Part shown: piece by piece, positions 49,565-57,891 of the stretch
Layout: each line of letters starts with the position of its first letter
Numbering within the stretch: the first letter of the stretch is position 1
DNA from: Gemmatimonadales bacterium
Lineage (GTDB): Bacteria; Gemmatimonadota; Gemmatimonadetes; Gemmatimonadales; GWC2-71-9
DNA: 64,000 bases
Direction: 5' to 3'
Assembly (NCBI GenBank): GCA_039794085.1
Contig: JBDIWC010000006.1
Coordinates: forward strand, 32,001 to 96,000
Position numbers and translations under genes: made by a program
The notes under the pieces: model-generated
Databases searched by the model: none
Told to the model about the DNA's origin: nothing
What the model saw: only the letters and a program-made list of their open reading frames with translations

Positions 49565-50862
49565 GAATTCTGGTGGTGGGTGGCGGCGGACGGGAGCACG
49601 CCATCATCCGGACCTTCCGGCGGGAGCAGGCGGGCCTCGACATCTACTGCGCCCCGGGCGGCGCGGGACTGGCCTCTCTGGCGTCGAACCTCCCCATTGC
49701 CGTGGACGACGTGGATCACCTGGTCGAGGCGGCCGATCGCCACGGCATCGAGCTCGTGGTCGTGGGCCCCGAGCTCCCCCTGGCGCTCGGTCTGGCGGAT
49801 CGCCTCCGCGCTCATGGGCACCCCGTCCTCGGCCCCGGGGCCACTGCCGCGCGGATCGAAAGTTCGAAGGCTTTTGCCAAGGATGTCATGCGGGCCGCGG
49901 GTGTCCCCACCGCCGAGTGGGCGGTCTTCCGCGACCTGAGCGAGGCCCTGGCCCACGTGGACGGCCATGCGGAGCCATTGGTGGTCAAGGCCTCGGGACT
50001 CGCGGCCGGGAAGGGTGCCGTGGTCTGTTCCACCCGGTCCGAGGCGCGCGCGGCGGTCACCCGGATGCTGGGCGAGCGTGCCTTCGGCGAGGCGGGAGAC
50101 GAGATCGTCATCGAATCGTTTCTTCCCGGCGAGGAGCTCTCCGTCTTCGCGGTCACCAACGGGCGCGAGATGAGTCTCCTCCCCGCCGCGCAGGATTACA
50201 AGCGGGTCGGCGAGGGCGACACCGGTCCGAACACCGGCGGGATGGGTGCCTGTTCCCCCGTGTCCTTCGCAACCCCGGAACTGATGGCGCGGGTGGAGCA
50301 GGAAATCCTTCGTCCCACGCTCGCCGAGCTCGAGGCACGCGACGCCCGCTTCCGGGGGATCCTCTACGCCGGGCTCATGATCGCGCCGGACGGATCACCC
50401 TCGGTCATCGAGTTCAACTGCCGCCTGGGGGATCCCGAAGCCCAGACCGTCCTCCCCACGCTCGAAGGCGACTTCCTCCTCGCCTGCCAGGCTGCGGCTT
50501 CCGGCGGGCGCATCCCGGAACTCCCCGCCACCGGGCGCTTCGCCGTCACCACGGTGCTTGCCGCGCGGGGATATCCCGAGGCCCCCGTCCTGGGAGACCA
50601 CATCACGCTCCCACCCCATCACCACCGGGACGCCATCTTCTACCACGCCGGCACGACCCGCGACCCCAAGGGTGGGTTCCAGACCGCCGGCGGCCGGGTG
50701 GCGGCCTGCACCGGACTGGGCGACACCTTCGAGGAAGCCCGGACCAACAGCCTCCTGCTGGCCGACAGCATCGAGTTCGAGGGGAAGCACCTTCGGCGTG
50801 ACATCGGGTGGCGAGAGGCGGAGCGTCAGCGACGGGGACAAGGCACTCCCGCGGGCACCTGA
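49561..50862 (+). CDS. purD: Phosphoribosylamine--glycine ligase
   Basis: GGGGREHA, VGPE, ESSKAFAK, GLAAGKG, QDYKR, GPNTGGMG and EFNCRLGDPE. Confidence 0.98.
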   Translation: MRILVVGGGGREHAIIRTFRREQAGLDIYCAPGGAGLASLASNLPIAVDDVDHLVEAADRHGIELVVVGPELPLALGLADRLRAHGHPVLGPGATAARIESSKAFAKDVMRAAGVPTAEWAVFRDLSEALAHVDGHAEPLVVKASGLAAGKGAVVCSTRSEARAAVTRMLGERAFGEAGDEIVIESFLPGEELSVFAVTNGREMSLLPAAQDYKRVGEGDTGPNTGGMGACSPVSFATPELMARVEQEILRPTLAELEARDARFRGILYAGLMIAPDGSPSVIEFNCRLGDPEAQTVLPTLEGDFLLACQAAASGGRIPELPATGRFAVTTVLAARGYPEAPVLGDHITLPPHHHRDAIFYHAGTTRDPKGGFQTAGGRVAACTGLGDTFEEARTNSLLLADSIEFEGKHLRRDIGWREAERQRRGQGTPAGT

Positions 50863-50922
50863 TCGCACGCACCGTACGGGCGCGGCACTTCCGTCCCCAA
50901 CTGATTACTGAGCTGAACTCCG

Positions 50923-51744
50923 ATGCCCGAGCTCCCCGAGGTGGAAACCATCGTCCGCGACCTGCGACCGGGACTCATGGGACGCACCATCCGAAGCGTC
51001 TCGCTTCGGTTCGACGACCTCCTCCGGGGCATCACGCGCCCGGCCCTGCTCCGGAAACTCCGGAATCAGGCCATTCACCGCGTGGACCGCAGGGCCAAGC
51101 ACGCGGTGCTCCTCCTCGATCGCCACCGGCTCGTGATCCAGCCCGGCATGACCGGGGTCCTCCTCCGGCACCCCACCGCCTCCACCACTCCCGACAAATA
51201 CGAGGTGCTCCGAGCGACCCTCGATGATGGTTCCGTCCTCGTCTACCGCGACATCCGCCGGCTCGGCACGCTCCTCCTTCTCGACGATGCGGAGTGGGAC
51301 CGGTACGACGCCGCCATCGGCCCCGAACCGCTCGATCCCGCCTTCACCTCCGAGGTGCTCGGCCGGGCCCTGGCCCGAACTCGCCAGGCGATCAAGAAGG
51401 CCCTGATGGACCAGCGGCTCGTGGCCGGCGTGGGGAACATCTACGCGAACGAGGCCCTCTTCCTGGCGGGAATCGATCCCTCCCGGCCCGCATCGTCCCT
51501 GACCTCCGGCGAGGTGTTTCGGGTGCATCAGGAGACCGTCAGGATCCTCCACCAGGCCATCACCGCCCATGGAACCACCCTCCGCGACTACCGGCGCGGC
51601 ACGGGCGAAACCGGAGACTTCCAGCTGGAGTTGCAGGCCTACGGGCGTGAAGGGGAACCGTGCCGCCGCTGCGGGACCACCCTGGCCGGCACCCATGCCA
51701 TCGACGCCCGCATCACCGTGTTCTGCTGGCGCTGCCAGCGCTGA
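50923..51744 (+). CDS. mutM: Formamidopyrimidine-DNA glycosylase
   Basis: MPELPEVE, RRAK, GMTG, GVGNIYANE and a C-terminal CxxC..CxxCQ zinc finger. Confidence 0.97.
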   Translation: MPELPEVETIVRDLRPGLMGRTIRSVSLRFDDLLRGITRPALLRKLRNQAIHRVDRRAKHAVLLLDRHRLVIQPGMTGVLLRHPTASTTPDKYEVLRATLDDGSVLVYRDIRRLGTLLLLDDAEWDRYDAAIGPEPLDPAFTSEVLGRALARTRQAIKKALMDQRLVAGVGNIYANEALFLAGIDPSRPASSLTSGEVFRVHQETVRILHQAITAHGTTLRDYRRGTGETGDFQLELQAYGREGEPCRRCGTTLAGTHAIDARITVFCWRCQR

Positions 51745-51783
51745 GGAAAGGGGAGAAGGTGGCGGGGACTGGGCGTTTCAGCT

Positions 51784-51877
51784 CCCAACACCCAACACCC
51801 AATACCCAATACCCAGCACCAGTACCCAGTACCAACACCCCACACCCCACACCCAGTACCCAATACCCAACACCCAG
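51784..51877 (+). repeat. Degenerate heptamer tandem array (CCCAACA/CCCAATA/CCCAGTA, 13 units)
   Basis: cccaaca cccaaca cccaata cccaata cccagca ccagta cccagta ccaaca ccccaca ccccaca cccagta cccaata cccaaca, then a partial cccag. Confidence 0.85.
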
Positions 51878-51913
51878 AGGTGCAGGGGACCGGGGGGAGG
51901 GTAGATTGTGGGG

Positions 51914-53026
51914 ATGCCTCCCCCGGCCGCCGCGACCCTCCTTCCCCCCGCGGGTGACCTCCGGATCCTGCGGGACCGGGTTCGCCGCCTGGCGGAGAAC
52001 CGGCCCGGCGTGTACCGGATGATCGATCCCGCCGGACGGGTGCTCTACGTGGGCAAGGCCAGGCGACTCCGGGCCCGGCTCCTGGGGTATTTCCGGGCCG
52101 TGTACCCCGAGGACAAGGCGGCCCGAATCCTCCACGCGAGCCAGGACGTCCAGTGGGACTACGTCCCCAGCGAATTCGCCGCCTTCCTCACCGAACTCCG
52201 GCAGATCCGCCAGCACCGGCCGCCGCTGAACGTCCAGTACAACCGCACCCGCCGGGCCATCTTCGTCACGGTGTCCGGCGGGACCGCCCCCCGGCTGGGA
52301 ACCAGCACCCGGGCGGACCGGGGGGGGCTCCGTTGCTATGGCCCCCTCCGTTCCGCCGACCGCCTGACCGAGGCACTCCGAACCCTGAATGACCTCCTCG
52401 GCCTCCGGGATTGTGCGGAGCGGATGCCGATGGTCTTCCCCGGTCAGGGGGATCTCTTCGGCACGCCTCGTCAGGCCGCCTGTCACCGACATGGATTCGG
52501 GCTGTGTACCGGGCCCTGTGCCGCCTTCATCGAGGAGTCGGCGTATGGGGAACGGATGGAGAGGGCGGTCAACTTTCTGGAGGGTCGCTCCATCCACCCG
52601 ATCGATCGGGTGGTCGGCCCCATGACCGCGTGCGCCGACGCGGGGGACTTCGAGGGCGCCATTCGATGGCGCGAAAAGTTCGAGCACCTCGAGTGGCTCT
52701 TCACCGTGCTCAATCGGGCCCGGAGCGCCCTGGAACTCCTCTCCTTCGTGTACCGGGAGCCGGGCGACCATGGGGACGAAAGGGCCTACCTGATACGCCG
52801 AGGACGGGTCCGTGCCACCTTCCCCTGGCCCTCCACCCCGATCGAGATCGAGGCCTTCCGCGGCGTGGTGGCGTCCGAGATGTCCCGGCCGGAACCTGCC
52901 ACCGGGCCCCTCCCCCCGGAGGATGTGGACGAGATGCTGCTGATCATGGCCTGGTTCCGGAAGCATCCCCAGGCCCTCCGCCGAACCACACCCCTGTCAA
53001 CGTGGATCGACGCCCCCGGCCAGTAG
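51914..53026 (+). CDS. UvrC N-terminal-like (Cho-like) GIY-YIG nuclease
   Basis: PGVYRM, LYVGKA, RLLGYF, E..I....PPLN, a Cys cluster (C..C..CTGPC) and a UVR motif (FEGAIRWRE). No RNase H/HhH half. Confidence 0.85.
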   Translation: MPPPAAATLLPPAGDLRILRDRVRRLAENRPGVYRMIDPAGRVLYVGKARRLRARLLGYFRAVYPEDKAARILHASQDVQWDYVPSEFAAFLTELRQIRQHRPPLNVQYNRTRRAIFVTVSGGTAPRLGTSTRADRGGLRCYGPLRSADRLTEALRTLNDLLGLRDCAERMPMVFPGQGDLFGTPRQAACHRHGFGLCTGPCAAFIEESAYGERMERAVNFLEGRSIHPIDRVVGPMTACADAGDFEGAIRWREKFEHLEWLFTVLNRARSALELLSFVYREPGDHGDERAYLIRRGRVRATFPWPSTPIEIEAFRGVVASEMSRPEPATGPLPPEDVDEMLLIMAWFRKHPQALRRTTPLSTWIDAPGQ

Positions 53027-53599
53027 GGGCGACGCATGCGTCGCCCCGTGCCGAGCCACACGATCGGGATTCTCCGGATCTTCCGCCCAGAACAAGGGGT
53101 TGCTGAGGATATAGTCCTCGATCCTCTGCAGCGAGGCGTCGCTGCGAATCACATGCTCATAGTAATTCCGCTGCCACACGACCGCACCAGGCGTCCCGCA
53201 GCGACGGTTGATCAGTCGAGTGGCCGCTGACTTGAAGGAACCCACGATGGCACCGACGGATCGATGGACTGGTCCACGTGGTCGTTCCGTATGCGTGATC
53301 GAGGATTGCGCTGCCGATCCGTCATTGTCGGGGAGCGTGAGAACACCGTGCACATGGTTGGGCATGACCACAAAGGAGGTGACAGCACATCCTGAACAAT
53401 GGTCCGGGATCGCTGTCCAGCAGTCGCGTACTATTCGTCCTGCCTCACTCAGCCTGATCTCCCCTCCGACGAGGTCGCCGAAGACGCACTGACGACCATG
53501 CGCGACGACGGTGATGAAGTACATGCCCGCCTGAGTGTAATCGTACTCCGAGAGACGAACCGAACGCCGACGACGATGGCTGCCTGGATCACGAAACAT
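52997..53599 (-). mobile_element. REP-associated tyrosine transposase (RAYT, Y1 HUH)
   Basis: RRSVRL..YDY, YFIT, VVMPNHVH (HUH), FKS, WQRNYYEHVIR and YILSNP; flanked by inverted REPs. Confidence 0.92.
53023..53046 (+). repeat. GTAG-type REP, left of RAYT
   Basis: GTAGGGGCGACGCATGCGTCGCCC, a perfect palindrome after GTAG. Confidence 0.9.
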
Positions 53600-53632
53600 G
53601 CATTTACCACCCTTCCCCCAAGGTCGCCGCCA

Positions 53633-53656
53633 GGGCGACGCATGCGTCGCCCCTAC
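53633..53656 (-). repeat. GTAG-type REP, right of RAYT
   Basis: GGGCGACGCATGCGTCGCCCCTAC, the exact reverse complement of 53023-53046. Confidence 0.9.
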
Positions 53657-53738
53657 GGGCCTGAACTAGCCCCCAGGATCTCGGCCAGGCTCCTGAATTC
53701 CCTACGGTCTCGATCAGCTGCAAGGGCGACCCGTCAGC

Positions 53739-54599
53739 TCACTCGATCCACTCCACCCGCACTCCTCCCGCCGCCGCGGTGAGGGCCATCTCAAGTTTCC
53801 GGGTGGCGCCGGCATAGCCCCGGGACACCCAGGTGTTGCCGTCCCGGGTGAATCCGGCGTCCCCCACGTTGGCGAGCCACCGATCCACCACCAGACGGAC
53901 CCCGACATCCCTCGGAAGCCGCAGAAGCACCGTGCCCAGAGTGGCCTCCACGCTGACGCGCAGGAGGTCGGGGAAGTCACCGCTGAAATCGAGCGTCGCG
54001 GGACCGGCATCGGACGTGAGACGGAGAAAGTCACACCGGCTGTTGCCCAGCTGGCGCAGGTTCACCTCGGAGGCGTTGGCCCGGATGCTCATCCCGTCAC
54101 ACGATCCTGTCGTGCCGCGGGAGAACCGCAGGGTGGCCTTCGTGGCCCGGAGCGTGAGATCCACCCGCCGGAGGGCGAGGCCGCCGAGATCGATGTCGCT
54201 CGACCCGGAGGTGAGGGTCCCTTCCAGGGAAACCGGCACCGCGGGAGTCAGCTCGATGACCGCCTCGGAGGCCGGCAGACGTCCGGCGGAAACGAGGACC
54301 CCTCCGCCCCGCTGGATCGGATCGAGACCGAAGGTCGCGGTGCTTGTGGTCTCGTCATACCGCCCCACCGAAGCCATCGATCCCGCATCGTAGCGGGCCT
54401 GATACCGGTAGAGGGTGTGCCCCCGGGCGGTCCGGAGTTCCAGGTGGGTCCGGGTGAAGGTCAGATTGGCGATGAGCGCCACCTGCCCGTCCTGATGCCG
54501 GGCCACCGTCACGTCCCGCAAGGGCACTCCCTGAGCCGCAACCCCGCTCCCTGTCACGCCGGCCAGCAGCGCCGCGACCAGGCCGCCGAGGGGCCTCAT
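53739..54599 (-). CDS. Exported LiaF/LiaG (DUF4097)-like beta-solenoid envelope-stress protein
   Basis: Signal peptide, repeated short beta strands (IDLGGLALRRVDL, ATLDFSG, LRLPRDVG); ATGA overlap with the upstream gene. Confidence 0.65.
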   Translation of the reverse strand: MRPLGGLVAALLAGVTGSGVAAQGVPLRDVTVARHQDGQVALIANLTFTRTHLELRTARGHTLYRYQARYDAGSMASVGRYDETTSTATFGLDPIQRGGGVLVSAGRLPASEAVIELTPAVPVSLEGTLTSGSSDIDLGGLALRRVDLTLRATKATLRFSRGTTGSCDGMSIRANASEVNLRQLGNSRCDFLRLTSDAGPATLDFSGDFPDLLRVSVEATLGTVLLRLPRDVGVRLVVDRWLANVGDAGFTRDGNTWVSRGYAGATRKLEMALTAAAGGVRVEWIE

Positions 54600-55846
54600 G
54601 AGCCGGACGGTGGTGTGCGGGTGCTCGAGGGGCGGGTCACCGCGGGGACCCCGAATTGGGGCGTGGCCCAGAGGTACTCGTCGGTCATCGCCTCGGGAGG
54701 AGTGATCCGGCCGGTGAAGTTGCTGCGGATGCCCGCCCGGCTCAACAGCGCCGCTCCAAACCCCGTGGTGGCCAGGATCCAGGTGGCGAGCACCGCCGCC
54801 CCCATCATGAGGCCACCCGCCACCGGAACCCACCCGAACACCACCCAGACCAGCCAGATCGACAGAATGCCGGCAAGCCCGACCAGCATGTAGCGGTAGC
54901 TGTTCGGATAGTCGACCAGGATCCCCCGCGCCATGCGACGCCGGGCGTGGGTTTCCCCCATCGCATGCGCCACCGCCAGGAAGCCCCCGACCACACCGAC
55001 CACCACGAGCAGCCCATACACGATCACCGCGAAGGGAATCAGCAGGACGCCCACGACCGTCAGGGCAAGCCCCACGACCAGCATGCCGAAGGTCGGCAGG
55101 AGAAGGATCTGCCCCAGCAGGCCCACGAGAAAAGAACGACCGAAGGAATGGGAGACCGTATCGGAGACGACGTCGAGGTGCCCCTTGCCGAAGAGCACCA
55201 ATGCAAAGCCGAGTGTTGTCAACGTGAGAAACACACCAAGCAACCCGGATCCATTGCGGAAAAACGCCCCGACCGGGGACACCGGGGCCGCGGACACGAG
55301 GGGCGCCGTCACCCGCATGGCGCGGATCTCCCCCCCCACGCGTCCCCCCAGCTCCCGCACGGTCCCCCCGAGTGCCAGAACCTCCCCCGTCACCTCGCCG
55401 GCCGGCCCGAGGACGATGTCCCCGTCGAGGGTCACCACCGTTCCCTCCACTCGGCCATACACGAGGGCGTCGCCACGGAGCACCAGCAGGTGGCCCGCCA
55501 CCACGTCGCCCGACCCGATCGCATAGTCCCCCTGATGCGCGGATCCCCCCCGCACCGTGATCCGGAGACGGTCGGAGGATGCGTCGGCCATCGCGGCCCG
55601 CAGAGTGGACTCCAGCCCCTGGGGATCCACCAGATGCTCCAGGTCGATGGACGGACCACCGGCCGGAATCGGCCCCGGTGCCGGACGCCCCTCCTGGACC
55701 GGCAACAGGAATGAACCGGCCCGTGCGGCGAGCTGTTCGAGGACGTCGGCGAGAGAAGGAGCAGGAGACGGCGCAAGGGCGGCTGCGGGCGCGGGTCCGG
55801 GCGCCAGCGCCAGCAACGCGAGGGCCAGTCGGCTACCAGTGCCCAT
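54596..55846 (-). CDS. Membrane protein with bactofilin-like beta-helix repeats
   Basis: Signal peptide, GDALVYGRVEGTVVTLDGDIVLG..VTGEVLALGG repeats, then several TM helices. Confidence 0.75.
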   Translation of the reverse strand: MGTGSRLALALLALAPGPAPAAALAPSPAPSLADVLEQLAARAGSFLLPVQEGRPAPGPIPAGGPSIDLEHLVDPQGLESTLRAAMADASSDRLRITVRGGSAHQGDYAIGSGDVVAGHLLVLRGDALVYGRVEGTVVTLDGDIVLGPAGEVTGEVLALGGTVRELGGRVGGEIRAMRVTAPLVSAAPVSPVGAFFRNGSGLLGVFLTLTTLGFALVLFGKGHLDVVSDTVSHSFGRSFLVGLLGQILLLPTFGMLVVGLALTVVGVLLIPFAVIVYGLLVVVGVVGGFLAVAHAMGETHARRRMARGILVDYPNSYRYMLVGLAGILSIWLVWVVFGWVPVAGGLMMGAAVLATWILATTGFGAALLSRAGIRSNFTGRITPPEAMTDEYLWATPQFGVPAVTRPSSTRTPPSGS

Positions 55847-56435
55847 CGCCCGCCTCACGTGCCGGGAGGGCCATCAGGTGGCGGAAGGCCAGGACACCGC
55901 CGCCGAAGGCAGCCGACAGTCCGGCCAGAACGGCAGCCAGTCGTCCCGGGGAGGTGATCAGGCCCTGCAGCTCATGATACCAGGGTTGACCCGCGAGAGT
56001 GCTCGCACCGGACCGAACGCCCGACCAGAGCAGATCCGACAGAGCCACGACCACCTGATCGCCCCAGACCGTGAGCAGCTCCCGGTTGGCCAGGGACCAG
56101 AGCACGCTCGCCATCATGGCGCCGCCGATGACCAGCACCCATGCGGCCGCCCCCGCCAGGGATCGCCGCGAGGCGAGGAGACGCCGAGGCCACCGAGCCG
56201 CCTCCAGAGGGAAAACCTGAGGCCGGGAGACCCGGGCCATCACCCGGTCCGCAAACCCCTCCGCCGGGGCGAGCTCAACCAGGGTCCGAAACGCTGCGAG
56301 CAGACTCGCGTCCGCACGTACCATTTCGAAACAAACGGGACATTGTCCCAGATGGGAACGTGCCTCGGCGGAAAGCCCATTCTCGTGGAATGCGTCGAGA
56401 TCGTCAGCGGTCAGGTGCGGTTGAGGCGTCGTCAT
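55833..56435 (-). CDS. Zinc-binding (ZAS) anti-sigma factor
   Basis: HL....L...E..HLGQCPVC (HxxxCxxC), FADRVMA and TM helices; directly downstream of the ECF sigma. Confidence 0.85.
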   Translation of the reverse strand: MTTPQPHLTADDLDAFHENGLSAEARSHLGQCPVCFEMVRADASLLAAFRTLVELAPAEGFADRVMARVSRPQVFPLEAARWPRRLLASRRSLAGAAAWVLVIGGAMMASVLWSLANRELLTVWGDQVVVALSDLLWSGVRSGASTLAGQPWYHELQGLITSPGRLAAVLAGLSAAFGGGVLAFRHLMALPAREAGDGHW

Positions 56436-56447
56436 AACTGCCTCCCA

Positions 56448-56474
56448 TACGGGGGGGTTCGGGGGAAGGTTTCA
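56448..56474 (-). promoter_or_regulatory. Putative SigW-type ECF promoter between sigma and anti-sigma genes
   Basis: Minus strand TGAAAC-N17-CGTA followed by TGG, filling the 40-bp gap. Confidence 0.55.
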
Positions 56475-56475
56475 C

Positions 56476-57081
56476 TCATTGGCGGAGGTGGGCCAAGGCG
56501 ATCCGAAGCTCATTCCGGGCCCGGTGGATGTAGGTCTTGATGGTCCCGAGAGGGAGGTCGAGAATCTCCGCGATCTCCTCATAGGAACGCCCGTCGACGT
56601 GCCGGAGGAGAATGCAGGTGCGGTACTCGGGCCGGAGCCGGGCGATCACCTCTTCGATCTCGCCTCCCAGTTCCTTCGCCTCGACTTCGTCCAGCGGGCT
56701 CTCGTTGTGGTCGCTGATTTGAAGGGCGGTCGCCTCGATGGCTTCCGGGGTCGCAGCATGGGGCGACCCGTCCAGGGACAGCGTATTGAGTTCACGGCGA
56801 CGGAGGTGATCGATCGCGGCGTTGTTGGCGATCTTGAAGACCCAGGACGAGAACTTGTACTCCGGACGATACGAGTCGATCGCGTTCAGCACCTTGACGA
56901 AGGTCTCCTGGGAAAGATCCTCCGCCTGTTCCCGGTTGCGGACCATGCGGTAGATGAGCGCGAACACCGGTCGCTCGTACCGGCGGATCAGTTCACGGTA
57001 GGCCCGCTCCCTCCCGAGCCGCGCCTCGAGGACCACCTCCTGATCGGTGGCGTGAGCCAAGGCATTGCCGGCGGCGCTCAC
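56476..57081 (-). CDS. ECF sigma factor (SigW/RpoE-like)
   Basis: AEDLSQETFVK, FSSWVFKIANNAAIDHLRR and SYEEIAEILDLPLGTIKTYIHRAR. Confidence 0.95.
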   Translation of the reverse strand: MSAAGNALAHATDQEVVLEARLGRERAYRELIRRYERPVFALIYRMVRNREQAEDLSQETFVKVLNAIDSYRPEYKFSSWVFKIANNAAIDHLRRRELNTLSLDGSPHAATPEAIEATALQISDHNESPLDEVEAKELGGEIEEVIARLRPEYRTCILLRHVDGRSYEEIAEILDLPLGTIKTYIHRARNELRIALAHLRQ

Positions 57082-57135
57082 GCCGAGCCCTTCCGGGTTG
57101 CGGTCCAGCCCCGCAGGGGGCTACATTCGCGGCCC

Positions 57136-57891
57136 ATGTTCGCTATCGACAGCAAGTTACCGGTCACCGACCCGACCCTGAAGCGGGAACAGGTCCGGGA
57201 CATGTTCACGCGAATCGCCCCCCGGTACGATCTGCTCAACCATCTCCTGAGCCTGAACGTGGACCGGTGGTGGCGACGGGAGACGGTACGAAGACTCGGA
57301 TGGGAGGCCCGGCCGGAAGGCACCTACCTCGATCTCTGCGCCGGCACCCTTGACCTGGCCGCCACCCTGGCCCGGGAGCCAGGCTTCCGGGGGCGTGTCG
57401 TGGGTGCGGACTTTGTCCTCCCCATGTTGCAACGGGGACAGGGGAAGAGTGACCGGGTCGAACCACTGAATGCGGATGCGCTCCTCCTTCCTTTCCGGAA
57501 TGCGATGTTTGACGGCGCCACCATCGGATTCGGAATCCGCAACGTGGCCGACCTCGACGCCGGCCTCCGCGAGGCTGCCCGAATCCTCAAGCCCACCAGC
57601 CGGCTGGTTATCCTGGAGTTCACCGTCCCCCGGTGGCAGCCCCTGCGAAGCCTCTATCTGCTCTACTTCCGCCGAGTACTGCCTCTCATCGGACGTCTCT
57701 TGTCGAAACATACGACGGCCTACGACTACCTGCCAGCGTCGGTGCTCGCCTTCCCTGAACCGGACGCGCTCGCGGAGCGTATGCGCCGCGCCGGGTTCAC
57801 CGATGTCCGGTATGTTCGAAAGACCGGGGGAATCTGCGCCATTCACGTCGGAACCCGGCCCGCGCCGGGTGGGGGAGGCGGATCGCCATGA
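57136..57891 (+). CDS. menG: Demethylmenaquinone methyltransferase (MenG/UbiE)
   Basis: MFTRIAPRYDLLNHLLS, LDLCAGT, GFGIRNV, ILEF and AYDYLPASV. Confidence 0.9.
   Translation: MFAIDSKLPVTDPTLKREQVRDMFTRIAPRYDLLNHLLSLNVDRWWRRETVRRLGWEARPEGTYLDLCAGTLDLAATLAREPGFRGRVVGADFVLPMLQRGQGKSDRVEPLNADALLLPFRNAMFDGATIGFGIRNVADLDAGLREAARILKPTSRLVILEFTVPRWQPLRSLYLLYFRRVLPLIGRLLSKHTTAYDYLPASVLAFPEPDALAERMRRAGFTDVRYVRKTGGICAIHVGTRPAPGGGGGSP

Noticed and set aside
51784..51877. CRISPR array
   Set aside because: These are tandem 6-7-nt units with no unique spacers and no cas genes. No repeat-spacer array was seen anywhere in the window.
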